In this document: positions 38,701 to 53,200 of the stretch, one piece after another
Position numbering within the stretch: the first letter of the stretch is position 1
How the letters are laid out: each line of letters starts with the position of its first letter
Origin: Lingula anatina
Taxonomy: Eukaryota > Animalia > Brachiopoda
Assembly: GCA_051362555.1 (NCBI GenBank)
Contig: CM120649.1
Location: 16,754,567-16,818,566, forward strand
Direction of reading: 5' to 3'
DNA length: 64,000 nucleotides
Notes under the pieces: model-generated
The model's database searches: none
What the model saw: only the letters and a program-made list of their open reading frames with translations
What the model was told of the DNA's origin: nothing
Translations under genes and position numbers: made by a program

Positions 38701-41700
38701 AAGTGCGCCTACACCTTTTATAACACGTCCATTACATTAACCCTTTTTCCTCTTCTTCCAGAACACAGCTTCAGAGGAATACGGGTATCAGAAATGCTGC
38801 GTGGAGAGCACCTTTATGTGCCAACTTTTCTACGTTCTTCTATCATCCAACGACTGTGAGGGATACAGGCCACCACGCCGAAGTAAGTGTCTCGCTGATA
38901 GTGTTTCATGGTAACGCGTTCCAGTTTTCAAGCTTAATTTTCCATTATCCCCTATCGGATCGTGATGACATATGTCACTGCAGGATTATTCAGGATTATC
39001 TCTAATGTCATTAAGTAAATAGGCCCTATATTAAAGAGCATTGCAAGAACAATGTTCAATAATTGACAAATCCACTCCGCAAGTCATAGGGACCATTCTC
39101 ATAGATAATTGGATCGATCTATCTCCCTGGGGAGTCTCACTAAATGCTATCAACTCAACCGGCATAAATGTCTGTCACGCCTAGTAAAGCTGTTAGGGGG
39201 TAACTATCTTTACCCTAGGTCATTCTGTAGGCGTGACATATGGGAATGCGCCAAACTTTGTCCCGCACGCCACACTGAAGCTGATGCCACAATTGCTTTT
39301 TGATCGTGACGACGTATTTTTGCAGGAAACAATGGCGGAGAGCCTCATCTCGTTACTTTGGACGGTCTGAACTACACATTTAATGGCCTGGGGGAGTTTA
39401 CATTACTGGACGTCGATAGCGGAGAGATGCAAGTTCAGGCACGGACGAGAAAGCTGTCAGGTACATTGTCAACTTTCTGAGACATCATAGGTGCGACTAC
39501 ACGTAGGCCTATAACTAATTTACCACATAAATTCGCAGTTCTGAGATATATTTCATATGGTGTATTTATATATAGTACATTTATTGTTTCAAAATCCTTT
39601 TTTACGTCTTTGTTAACTGCATTTCGTTGTAAATGTATTGGAAAAAATTCTGAAATCGTTTGGTAGATGTGATGGTGGAATGACACCCTTGAAGTCCAAA
39701 GTCTCGAAACTTAGCTGACAGACGAAGAGATTTCTTGGGTTTTATTGGGGAGAATGCATGTGGTCTGAAATAATGTCAGTCTATAACTAGGGCTGTTTGG
39801 CAACGAAAAAACCTGACAAAATATAGCCACGGATACATATACAGTGTACCTGTATATTTCTGGTTGTTTTCCTTTTACGAATCACAGACTATTGCACGCT
39901 AACGCAATTCCAGTACATCTTTTGGGGTTTTTTTTGTAAGAAGACTAAATTTGACCCCCACCTCACGGGGATTCTTGCACACTCCCCACTCTCGTATGGT
40001 TCCAAGCAGCACTTTGTTTTTGGTTACCTCTGGTGATTCCCACTTCATACATTTCAGAAACCTCAAAGGCCACCGTTTTCACCAGTGTTGCAATACAGCT
40101 TGTCAACCACAGCCTCATTCAGGTGAACCTAAAAAACGGGACTGAGGAAGAGCTGGAATTTTTTATTAACTGCACCATGATTGACATTGGAAATTTCACA
40201 AACGACACCAGCACACATTCTCTGCTGTCTGATACAGTGCTTCTCTCCCGTCCGGAGAATAATTCGTTCCAAGTGACGTATGAAAACGGAATAACCGTAT
40301 CTACGAAAGCTCTTAAGGTATCGTTAGAATGCTAACAATGTTGTCGAACGTGTATTTGTGCTGGGTACATGTCTCTGTAGTAGATCTGAAATTAATGATT
40401 GAAATTAAATTTAATATGTAACGACTGGAAATGTTTTTTCCCCTTGTGGTGACTTGCGTTAACTAGCTACTGTTTAAACACATTCCCACTATCTGTAGCT
40501 AGGGTCTGTGATAAATTTATCATATTTTGTTGACTACACACACTGGACAATAGAAGTGTCACCCCCCTAAATCAGAGTAATAAAAGTAGGCAGATCTTGG
40601 GTAGTTATAATGCCTGGTCTATTTATAATGTGACTAATGAGTATAAAACTGCTATACCATGAAATTGTATTGTTGGTCTTGTACAGGGGGTACATGTACA
40701 GCAAATGTTATTCCTGTCTTCCTCCAATATGGCAAGATACAGGCAATTATCTAACGGTTAAGGGCGTCAAGTTATTAACCTGAAGAGGCGGATTATCAAC
40801 AATGTCAGAATATCGATACAATTGAATTGTTCAGTCAGAACCGTGCAGAGGGTCTGGTCTCGGTATAGAAACATGGGATCAAGAGACAAATGAACTACTG
40901 GCCGTGAAGACCGACGACTGATTTTGATGTCCAGGCTGTCAAAGTTCGACACTGCTTGTCAGTTGACAACACAATGGAGCAATTTCGCACATAAGAATGT
41001 GTCTGTGAAAATTGCTAGGCGTCGGTTACATGCTCAGAGAGTGTACAGCAGGGTAGCAAGACTGAAACCTCTTATATCGTTACAAAACAGGCAACGTAGA
41101 GTGAACTAGGGTCAACATGCACTGAATTTTCGAACCCGGAGCAGCATATTCACCATGGTGTGGGGCTGCATCAGCATCCCTGGCGTGGGCGAATTGATAG
41201 TGGTTGATGGAAACATGAATCACTAGAAATATATCTATGTTTTGGAGTCAGGCTTGCTACCATCTATTACTAACTTGTTTGGTGACAGGAATTATCCATT
41301 TGTTCACCAGGATGACAATGCTCCTTGTCACAGGCCCAGAGAAGTTGATGACTGGTTTGACCAACAGGACATTCGCAGGGTGATGTAGCTTGCCCAGAGT
41401 CCGGATGCAAACATAATAGAAAATGTGTGAAATGATATGTCAAAACTTTTGACAAATGCCCGTCTAACCAGCAGAGAAACACTGTTATATTCAGTGTTTC
41501 ATGCTTGGGCCAGCATAAGCCCTGAACGCATCAGGCAATTATGGCTCGTAGACTGGCACCTATTATTAGGTCACGTGGCTATGTCACTATAAGTACTAAT
41601 TTTGGACTTGAAACTGCAAATTTTGGTAGAATGTATATTATGTTCTCATTTTGTGATTTTTTTGTGAAATTTAATGTTAATAAAATGATACCAGGAGCAT

Positions 41701-44173
41701 ATCATTCCGCAGTCAATTATCTCCCCCATAGTATTGATTCAGTAGGGGTGACACTTCTATTGTCCAGTGTGTGTATCTTTTAGACATCCTTTTTTCAGCG
41801 AATGATTTCGCAGGAAAACGGAAATTTATTATGGTAGTTGATTTAAAAAATCATGTGAATTATGCAGGGGTTCATCGGTTACGGCACTGCAACCGTCCAT
41901 GTTATTAATGCATTTTCCTGTAGGCTGCATTATCAATAACCTTGGAAGTTCCTGAAACCTTTGAAAACCGTACCAAGGGCCTGATGGGGGTGTTGAACGG
42001 CGACAAAAGTGATGACCTCACGCCTAGCAACGGTGCACCAATACCTGAGACGTCATCAGAAGGTGATATATACCACCAGTTTGGAATGACGTGTAAGTGG
42101 CATTGAGCTGTATTGATAAACACCATTCTTTAGCATTTTCGCTTAGATTATTGAGAGAAATGAAGCATGAATATATTATTACTGTGAGTATACATGCTCA
42201 TCACAAAATTCATTAAAGGTTAGAATTTTAAGTTAAGGCTATAAAGATATGCCAAAGGAGAGATATAATTGCATCATAGAAATGCATAACATACAGGTAC
42301 TGGTAGACTTATCAAGATCCTCAGAACACGGGATTTGAAAATAAATTGTTATGGTAGTCGAAGTACACTGTAAGAAAGGAATGTGTGACAATGCGATCGA
42401 AGTACTCTATGTTTCTTGCATATAAAAAATCCTCATAATAAATTTCGTCGTTACTTATTGCCCACAAGTACAAATTTTCTTCAGGGATGGTTACGAACGA
42501 AACAACCATACTCTGCTACCAGGCTGGCGAGAGCTATGAGATCTACAACTTCCCAAACTTTATTCCGATTTTCACTGACAATATAACGTTCGCTAACGCT
42601 ACTCTCCAAGCGGCAGCTGAAGCCCTCTGTGGATCCGATATGTCATGCCTCTTTGATACAGCCCAGACAGGGGATCTCAGTTTTGGCGAGGCAACTCTCA
42701 GTGAGAAAATTGCCAGTGACAGAGCTACCTTAGACTTAGGTGAGATGACATCATTTTATTACATCATATTAGGCTAATAAGTCGGCGCTCTACAAAATGC
42801 ACGTAACTACCCAAACCATATTGAAGTATCCGTGAAAAATACCGGTAGACTGCTGCAGATATGACATTATAAGAAGTTTCCACAAGACGACACCTACGCC
42901 ATCTGGTGTTGTCCGAGTGAACAAGACTGTGCTACCCGGGCGAAAGCTTTCTGTTTAGTTTTGGCATTTTGAATCGCTGCATCATTTCAGTGCTTATTTA
43001 AATTACTTAAGAAGCCATCATGATATCATGCTATCATACCAAACTACAGATTGGATTTTGGGGAAAAAAATGTAAAAAAATTGAAGTATCATTTTCAAAA
43101 CTCCATTCCTTTAAGCCAGTACAAAACATATGAATCTACTCCACATAATTTTGACGCCAAATTACTTATTAGCTGTCCTACATTTCTATTTCCGCGGAGT
43201 ATAGCATCAAAAAACGTCTTCATCTTTAAAAAGGCCAATATTTGCAAGTGTTTTTTTTCACGTAGATAATTTCCCGCCAAAAATCACCGGACCCAGATCA
43301 CACAAGGTCCAGCGTGGTGTATTGACCACCATAACAACCAACGTGTCAGACGCCAATGATGACATTATCACATGCCAGCTCGAGACAAATGGCTCTACTT
43401 CTGCCAATCTATCGCAAGTTTCTGGCGACGAATTTAACGTGGACATTCTCATCAGCTCCATATCGGAGGAGCTGAATTTGAAGTTGATAGCACAGGTACA
43501 GTACACGTGTACATATAGGTGGCGTGGTCCGTGTATGAGAGGGCAAATTGATTTCCTTTACGTCAGACAAATTTGAAAGCTGATGTCTTTTCATTAACCT
43601 TGAAAGAAATTTAAAAACAACTTTACGTTGTACACGTTAATATTTTGATTACTCTGATAAAAATGTTCTTTTTATTTGCTTCTAATTATCAAAAGATATT
43701 TAAACATTACAGACAGAGAGATGGAAGGGCAAACAGACCAGTAAAATTTATTTCGACAAATCTGAGGTCATTTGAGAGAAGTCATTTGAAAATAACTATA
43801 TTTGTAGATAAGGCGCTTTGGTCGTTATATAGGCTACCGCGTGTAATGAATATTTATATCAAATACATACTCATCACACACACCTATTTGCTCGATATTG
43901 TTTACTGCACACATATTTCCTCAGGACACCAATGACGCCAGAAGCACCTACCAGCCAGTGATAGAATACTGTCCTTGTGAAAACGGTGGCACTTGCCCAT
44001 CACTCACAGCTTCCGAGCTGGAAGAAGCATCATCATAGTAAGTTTAGACAACAATAATGTTGAAAACCATCTACCGGGTTTGTTAAACAAGGTACAGATG
44101 TAACCACAAAACTGTATCTACATATTCCTATCCGAATAATTACATAATTGTTACTTGAGCTTGGAAGAAAGCA

Positions 44174-44208
<35 letters not shown>

Positions 44209-47200
44209 TACTGGTACGCATTCGCGTGCCAGGACAAAGTGATGACGTCGCCGCAAAAAGAACAGGACACACCCAATGTCCGGTGCGATCCTTATGTTAA
44301 ATAATTTGGTCTAATGACGAAATATACTCAGTTTTCGGTCGCTTGTAATCCTGATGAACTCATCATTATAAACTTACACTTTTTTAAAACAGCTTCATCG
44401 TCATGGAATGCACTTGTCCAGACAGTTACACGGGAACGTACTGCGAAAGTGACATTGACGCATGCGCAGAGAACGCAGAGCCCTGTTATCCCGGGGTTCG
44501 TTGTCAAAATGACCCTCCTCCACGCAATATAACTGGGTACACGTGTGGGCCTTGCCCTGAAGGGTATACTGGGTACGGGAAAACATGCGACGGTAATTAT
44601 ATGAGCCACCCTGTAACATGGCTGTCAATTAATTTATCAATAAATAAACAAATCAACCAATTAATTTCATAGATTGATATTCAAAAGTAGTTAAAATTGA
44701 ATCAGTCAATCGATCAACGGATCAGTCGCTTAATTAATTTAATGCGTGGCTTTACAATTTGATAATTCCAGATATAAACGAATGTGTCAATGGCAGTGAA
44801 TGTGACCATATTTGCATCAACATTCCGGGATCATACGCTTGCTCTTGTAACACGGGCTATCAGTTGGCCACTGGAGGGCGCTGTGACGGTAAGATACATG
44901 TACATAAGTCTGTACTTGTAGTTTTCTGGTTTTAAAGTCGGTAATATGTCCAAATACAGTCCCTCCATTATTTGCTACATCAAGAAATCCCCACGCGTAC
45001 GCAAAATCGATGTATTTCCGTATTAAGTAAAAAAGGGTATTACCAGTATAGATGGTACCCTTTATTTCCAAAATATTTGATTTTCTTTTTCTTGTGCTTG
45101 ATCCGGGGCCCGATTTCGATTACACAATAAACAGTACTTATTCTCCATTGATCTTAGTTTTACACTCTTCATATTTGACGGTATTTCAGATGTAAATGAA
45201 TGTGTCCCAGCCAGCGACTGCTCCCAGACTTGTATTAACACGCAGGGTTCCTACACCTGTGGGTGTGACGCCGCCTTCTCCCTCCAGGCTGACGGCAAAA
45301 CATGTGCTCGTAAGTATAGCGTTTAATAGTTTGTTGGTCACGACTGGTATTAGAAAAAAAGCCATTCACAAATTCACAAATTCACAAAAACCTCTGTTTG
45401 GTGCTGTTTGTCCATATTTTTATAAAAACGACAACAAGCAATCAGGGTTCGAAAATCAATCTTAAAATTGCCTACCATTTTAGATATTATTCTATTCCAG
45501 CCACTACTGCGTGCACCACTAATATCGGCTGTGATTTGGTGAATGGCTGGTGTTACATAGATTCATCTCGAACCAATCAGTGTGACTGTAAAAAGGGCTA
45601 CACTCTTACTGGAGGAACCCAATGTAACGGTGAGTGAGAGTTACCTATAGGTCTGTAAGTCTGCGCGTCTGATATCTAATTGTCTAAGCTCTTTTGAAAA
45701 TGGATGAGTGTTAAAAAAAGGAGTTAAACCTCCTTGGCTAAAGGAAAAACGTCAGATTAAGCCACCATCGTTACTGAACTGTCACGGCAATTTCAAACAT
45801 CTGTAAAAATTAATTATTGTCATATGTCTTTGATTTCCTACAATTACAAAAATTAAAACACATCAATGTGATTATATCTCTTACCAGATGAGGACGAGTG
45901 TTCTACCGGCGCAAACAGATGTAACCAGCAATGTGTGAATACTGTGGGCTCCTACAACTGTTCTTGTAACGGAGGCTACACCATGTCAACTGACGGCTAC
46001 ACCTGCAAAGGTAGGTTGATTTCCCGACTTTTCCTCAAATTGCATTTATGAATAAATAGATTGGTGAAATGGTGCATTGTTTTTGTTTAATCATTTTTTT
46101 GAGGTGGAAGCGGCGAATGCATTATAGACGAAAAACTATCAAAAGACCTTTGCATTGTCTTTGGTCCTATCTTGCAATAGCGAAGAATCCTTTTAAACTT
46201 ATTGGATCCAGATGGTGATCCAAATCACAAATCGCCACTGAAATCGAACCACTTTTGACATCAAAATCCACTCAAACGTTTTGATTAAGGCTGTATGACG
46301 ACGAACAAATAAGCAGACAAAGAAAATAATAAACAAATCATTGAAAACTGAGGTGAATTAACGCTTAACCTCCTTGTCGAAGGTAAACATACGCTGTATT
46401 TGTAACGTGACAGAGTGTCCCCCATGACAGAGAGTCCGCTTCCCATTTACTTGCACAGGTACGCTTCGCCCTAGATTTTGACTCAATTAGGTCAGGCTAA
46501 TCCAAACCATTATAACTAAATGGAGGGCGGACTTTCTGTTACACGGACCTTCAGTTTCGTTACACCTGAACATTACCATGTTTTATTTTGTTACTGGAAA
46601 TATGTACATTATGTGTATTTGAGATATTTTCTATAATGTTCACTTGAAATAAACTATTTCCATATTCCAGACATAGATGAATGTAACCAGTTAGCCTCGG
46701 TGTGTAACTCTACGCAACTGTGTATTAACAGTCCTGGTGGATATAACTGTACCTGTCCTACAGGCGCCGTGGATATCGGGGGCGAGTGTAGACGTAAGTA
46801 TGTGTATTAACAGTCCTGGTGGATATAACTGTACCTGTCCTACAAGCACGGTGGACATTAGGGGTGGGGTGGGGGGCAGTGTAAACGTATGTACATGCCG
46901 GCAGGTCGTAATTGTTCTATAGATACCGACATTTGATAATATACTTTTAGAACAAATATGTATATACCAAGGTGAACAGGTCTACTGTCGTAACTGCCAT
47001 TGGCAAAATGTATAATTTTAAAGCAATATTTTGAAGTAACAGGTAATAATTTCCTCTCTGATATATAATAAATACATAAAACAGCAGGAATTATTTTTCA
47101 TTTTATCTGTTTAGAGTTTGCTGATGACGTCATGCCGGCCGCCGCGGAGACCAGGACTCCAAGCACAGACGAGAGAGAGAACGCAGTTAGAATGTCCGCC

Positions 47201-50200
47201 CAGATGGAAGTATCTGACGTAAGTTTATGAAACCGCTGTCTAATATAACTTACCCTATCGTGTTTATCTGAAGTTCTCTCGCCATTATTTTTTATGTTTT
47301 TTAACCGGAGTGGCAATTGTTTTCTGCAACACCCCGCCAGATTTATCCTGCTGTACTGCTTAGAATTAACAGTTACATCCGGGGTTCAGCTATTTTACTT
47401 AGTTTATGAGTAACTTTACGAGTGCCAAACTTTGCAGGGATCTGGAAACAACGATGAGGGTGCAAGCTGGTCGTTTTGGTGAAGGTCGTCAAAAATAGAT
47501 ATTTAATCTCTCGTCAGTTTTGTTTAGACCTTGATGGCTATGGGGAATTGTTTAGGTTTCCAAGGGATTTGGGATTTTTATAGTTTTTTCTGCATACTTA
47601 GTACATATATTAGTACATATCCAACGCACAATGTTTTTCTTTAATTGAATGCTATATGTGCTTTGAAAATCGGATTCTGTATGCATAATTCCATTACTCG
47701 TACATTATTTTTTGTTTTGAAGAGTACCGCAATCCATCCAATGCTGACATAAATTTTGATTCTTTCTTTTGGACAGTATACGGTTGCCGTGGATACAGCC
47801 GTTACTACAACGATAGCTTCCGCGGCAACTACCTACTGCGCAGGCGGGAACTGTTCTTTGATAACGGCGACAACGCGAAGAAGGTGGGCATAACGCCTTT
47901 AAAGCATCGCTGAATGCTGACTCTGTATAAAGAACATACAAAAAATTCTATTTAAATTAAGAATTGGCGATTTATATTAATCAGTCAACAGAGTATATTT
48001 ATAAAATAGGCATTTATGTACTGAATGGCCATTTTTTAAACAGTGGAACACGTACAACGCAACGCCGGTAATCTAATGGAAAGAATAGTTTATTCTAGTT
48101 ATACTTCTAAGTTAGTCTTGAAGTGCAGGTAAGAGTACCAAAAGTAAAAACAAACATGTAAAGGTATGACGCTTATTGTTTACCAGGAGGTCCACGCCCA
48201 CCCTTGACTTCAGCTACAACTTCGTTCTGCGCGTGCCAGGTTACCCAGCCCCATCTAGCGATGAACCCACCTCCATAGATCTGGCCTATTACGTGCTCAC
48301 AGACACTGGAGACATACTGCCTGTCGCAGATTTGGTTGCCGCCATGCAGGACGCACAGACAGACCTTCAGATCGCTCTAGGTAAGGTACCAATGGACTTG
48401 TTTTACCCAGGACTGGCTTATTAAGGACCGCAAGTAGACGCAGAACTAATGTCATCAGACTACAATTCACGTTGCATCTAAGCTTTTCTTGGTTCGGGTC
48501 TTATATCCTCCCATTTTGCGCTATTCTCTACCGTTTGCTCGGAATAGTGCCTTTGTCCTGTTTTTATTTTTTCTATATATTCCGTTTGTACACCAAAGTA
48601 TGAACTGATTTTTTGCGCGTTTTATTGATTCGTTCACGTGATTGCTGATTTACATAATGTACCTCAGTACCTGTTATCAATAAAAATATCTAACATTTGC
48701 AAAATCAATTACCATTATTAGCAATTAAGAATATTCAAAAGTACTAAAATATTTCATTAAACATTTTGAAAATAAACACACAGCAATACACAGACAGAGC
48801 AATACTACTACATGTAGGTGTATAATAATCCATGTAAGGCTAATGATAAATATTATGATGACATACAGAATTGAAATAAATGTGTGTCTCTGATTCCTTG
48901 CCACCTCTGAAGGTTCTGCAGCGTGAACAGCAAAAGTGATGGTGCAAATCAGATACAAATATGAGTGCATTCAGAATAGCGAATTAACAGTTCCACAGAT
49001 CAAATAGAGCGATCGACCCACTATAAACGTTGTCGCTTAATTCTCGACTAGACCCTGAATAAGGATAAGCATTCAAGTGGGTCGGCCATATTTAATCTGC
49101 GTTTCTGTTAGTGCACTGTTCCGAATGCGCTCTAACACATGAAATTAAGGTTTTTTCTCTTGACGGTGGCAGATAGCCATTATTGTATGTAAAATAGACA
49201 GATATCGCATAGTCGATATGCATGCTCAGCTATATGGATGTTAAAAGACTACTCTAATCCAATAAATTATTTTTCTTTGCAAAACAAGCCCCTGGTCATC
49301 AAATAACATTTTATCTCTAGGCAATGTCAGTATAACACAGGTTGGGTACCTGGTGGTACCTGTTACTAGTTCCAACGCCACAACGCCAGCTGTGAACGCC
49401 ACGACACCGGCTGATAACTTGGTTTCGTATAGCGTGGAGCCAACATACTGGATATGGGGAGTGGCTATTGGTGGAAGCGTACTGCTGATTATCATTATTG
49501 TCGTCATCGTTACCGCTGTTTGTGTCAGGTAATTGCTTGATTAAGTTCCTTTTTCATACTACAGACTTGACATTTAATATGGAATATTTTTTCCAAAACA
49601 TAATTCATCAGTTTTTTTCTTATTTTGCTGACTGATAAATGAAAATAAGGATTAAAATCGTGTTTTAATAACTTTTGATAATCTCTTCGATGTCATTGTG
49701 ACATCAGTTCATTAATTGAATTCGTCAGTGAAGCAAACAAAAATACATTGCCTATTTTAAGTCATACGACAACCATTGAAAGCGATTATTTGGATCTCCA
49801 TAGTTTCATAATTATTGTATTTAAAAGAGTTACACGCCCCACAAAGGCCCCCCATGTCAGTGTCTAGTCACAGCAACAGTCGCCGTTACGCTTGACCTCA
49901 TCTTGCTGCTACCGGAGCTTTCAAGCCGCAAGGCATTTCTTATGATAGGCTTTTTAGAGTTTAATCAGGAATAAAATTCCAGAATACGGTTAAAACTTCG
50001 GCGAGTAATGACCAACCCACATATTGTCTATGTGGTTCAAATATGGCGATTTTGATGACCACGGTAGCTACTCATTCCCTTGGTTCTGTAAGTTATTTGC
50101 TATTAAAAGTGCTCTGTGTGAACCTGCAACCTCACCTTGCAACCTAAAATTGTTCCTAATGTGTCTCCTATCAAATGATAGTCAAGTGGTTCCCAGATTA

Positions 50201-53200
50201 TTCCTTTATTTGATCTGGTTCAGGTTTTCATCGATGACTAACATTGGTGTTTTGGCACCAATGTGGCATCCACTCCAAATACTGACACTGTCAATGACCC
50301 TAGTCACTTAAGAAGTGGCACCGCTTCGTCGTAGGCCTCTTCAGGACGTCTGTAAACTCTGTTTCGACCAGTTTAGCGGTACAGGTTAAATGTGACCTCA
50401 ATAAAGAAAGCCACGCGGTTTCAGTGTTTTACCCAGAAACTGTCATGGTCCCCAATTCATTAAAGAAACAGACTAGGCTGCTTTGCTGTTTACAGTGGCT
50501 TCCTCAGAGGTCGCCTGGAATCCTAACCTGCTGAAATCAGTTTGGTGTTCGCTAAGAGCATTGAAAAACAAGTTTTGGTGACAATTTGTCCCTCATTCAA
50601 AACGGACTGGGTGGTTTTGGTTTAATTGCAGCAGCATATCCTGAAGGACAGTGAGTCCTATACCCTGGTGGTAAGACGTCGATGCATTGGGCTTGGTCTC
50701 TGTGTAGTGCCTCAAACTGGGCATAACTCTATAAAACTGTGTAGACCGTTCCTTTTGACACAATAATCTGTCTGGCAATGTCTGTGTTTTTCGCGCCATT
50801 CTGGCACAGCTTAACAGTTTTGTAAAACCCTGCTTAACTCATTTTACGCACTGCAAAACCGACCGCTTGCATGCAAAATTTCAAATTCTTCTATGCAGTA
50901 TTTGCCAACATATGGATACTTTTTTGACAGAATCATGCTTCACCAAAGCCAAGCTTTGACTAGCCCAAAGGAGCACTGTCCAATTAAATCACTGCATATT
51001 ACACAAGGCAGCAGTGCAAAAGACTAGGTAGTCAGTTAATTGGCAGCGACACACCTGACTTCACACTTCTCCAGTCAGATGTCTTATATGAAATCTGAAT
51101 TTTTTGAAACAAGAACGCATTTTTACCTAGGTATACCTTTAAAACTGAAATATTCCATATTAAATGTCAAGTCTGTATTATGCCGAGCAATAACGGGAAT
51201 TAAGTTGTAAGAAGCTAGGGAAGGATAAATCTCAAATATATTTTTCACAGATGTTTTATCCAAAATTTGATGCTAAATATGTATCTTCTTTTATTTCCAC
51301 AGCTGGTAATTAGGTGGGAAAATTGAAAATTTTCAAAATGGCAACCAAAACAGCCTTTGTGAACATGTAGATCATAGATAAATCATGCATTCTATTTTAA
51401 GTATCCTAAAATGTTCGGCTTTAGTTGTTTGGTAAAATTCTAATTCTTCCTTATAATTCACATCCAGAAGGACTTGATTCTTAACAATTGTTTTAAGAGA
51501 TGACTAGGGTATTACTTAGCCTTATACCCCCGTCACACTACAGGCGGAATGAGCAAGAATGCCATCGGAAAGACAATTCTTTGTGCGTTCCTGGATATTC
51601 TAAGAATTCCGAGTGCATTCCAAATATTTTTACCCATTCTTGTGGCTGTCCCGAATGTTTTGCTCATGGTAAAAACTTTGGAAGTGCATTCCAAGTGGGA
51701 AATTATCGAATGGCATTTGAATAGTATTCTAACTGCACTATGACTGCATTCTAAATATTGTCATGGCATTCCGACAACATTTGAAACATTCTGTTCACAT
51801 TTGAGGGAGAACCGAAATGGCAAGACACTTCAAATCCTGCTAGAATGAGCCAGAATGCAACTCGAATGCATCTCGATCCTATTTCAGCCAGCAATCGAAC
51901 TACAGTCGTCCGACATTCGTAGCGTATTCTAAATATTCTGACTGCATTCTCTCAGCATTATTGGTATTCCTAGTTTTTCAACTACATTCGAGCTGCATTT
52001 GACAGATAATACAGCCGGAATGTGCACGAATCATTTTAGGCGGATTCAAGCGCATTCTGAGTATTCCAACGGCATTCTTACAAGAATTTAGGTTAATTTG
52101 TAATTACTTTTCGAATGTAGTACGAATTTTTAAATTTAGACATTCCTGCTGGTTCTGCTTGATTCCTGCTGATTCCGAATACTCACAATTTATTTTTCCA
52201 GGATGCACAATGCATCAAAATTTATGACTGTGGGCACAAGCGTACTCCCGCCGAGCCCTACGCTGAGCAGTACTACTGTCCCCGGAACCCAGAAAGGTAG
52301 ACGACTGTTACACTCTAATACCATGTTCGAGAATGGCGTTAACGGGGAAGAATCCACACCGAACCCTTGGGTTTGCGATGCTACTGCCCCTGCAGTCCAA
52401 AAAGTTAGGGGGCTATCACAATCTGATACCGTGTTGATCGAGAGTGACGTAGACAGCATGGACGATGCCAAAAACGACAAATTTCATCCTTTTGACAATA
52501 ATGGTGGCGATGATGATGAAAGGGGATCTGACGGCAAAGCACCGCAACTAGAGAATAGGGTAGATTGTGATGAAAGGAAACATACCAATAGAGATACAGG
52601 TAGGTTTGTTTCACATGCATGTGTCTCGTTTTAGTGGGTATTGGGACATTTTTTATCGCAAATATACTATACGATGGCAAGGAATATCTTATCCAGACGC
52701 GTTCGTCCAACATTACTTTGATGAATTCAAACAAAACTGCAGTGCTCTCCCATAAGAGGAGTGTAGTAGTACCGGTATATTCAGTTTCACTGCCTATATT
52801 ACCCACCTCATTTTTTCTAATTGAATATTTAGCCTGCTGCAAAGTGTTGATGATACTCGTACCCCAGTACATGTAAATGCTAAGACGTTCTTAATTACTT
52901 AGAACTGCCTACCGCGCTATGTGTTAAATGTGCACGTGGCACGATACAAGCATTAACAAGTTATTTATCCTTTGTCTCAGATACAAGTGATCGTGATGAT
53001 GATGATGATTACCACGATGATTACGATGGTATGTTTTTTGATGATGTGAGAGGCTACGACGACGTGGACTACGACGACTGCCGAGATTACAATAGATGGA
53101 TCAGTTCACCACGTGTATCTTATGAATTTACTCCGCCTGCAGCTAGTAAAATGCAATTACAGAAGACCAATACAGGAGACCACAGGAGCTGTTGGGAGAC

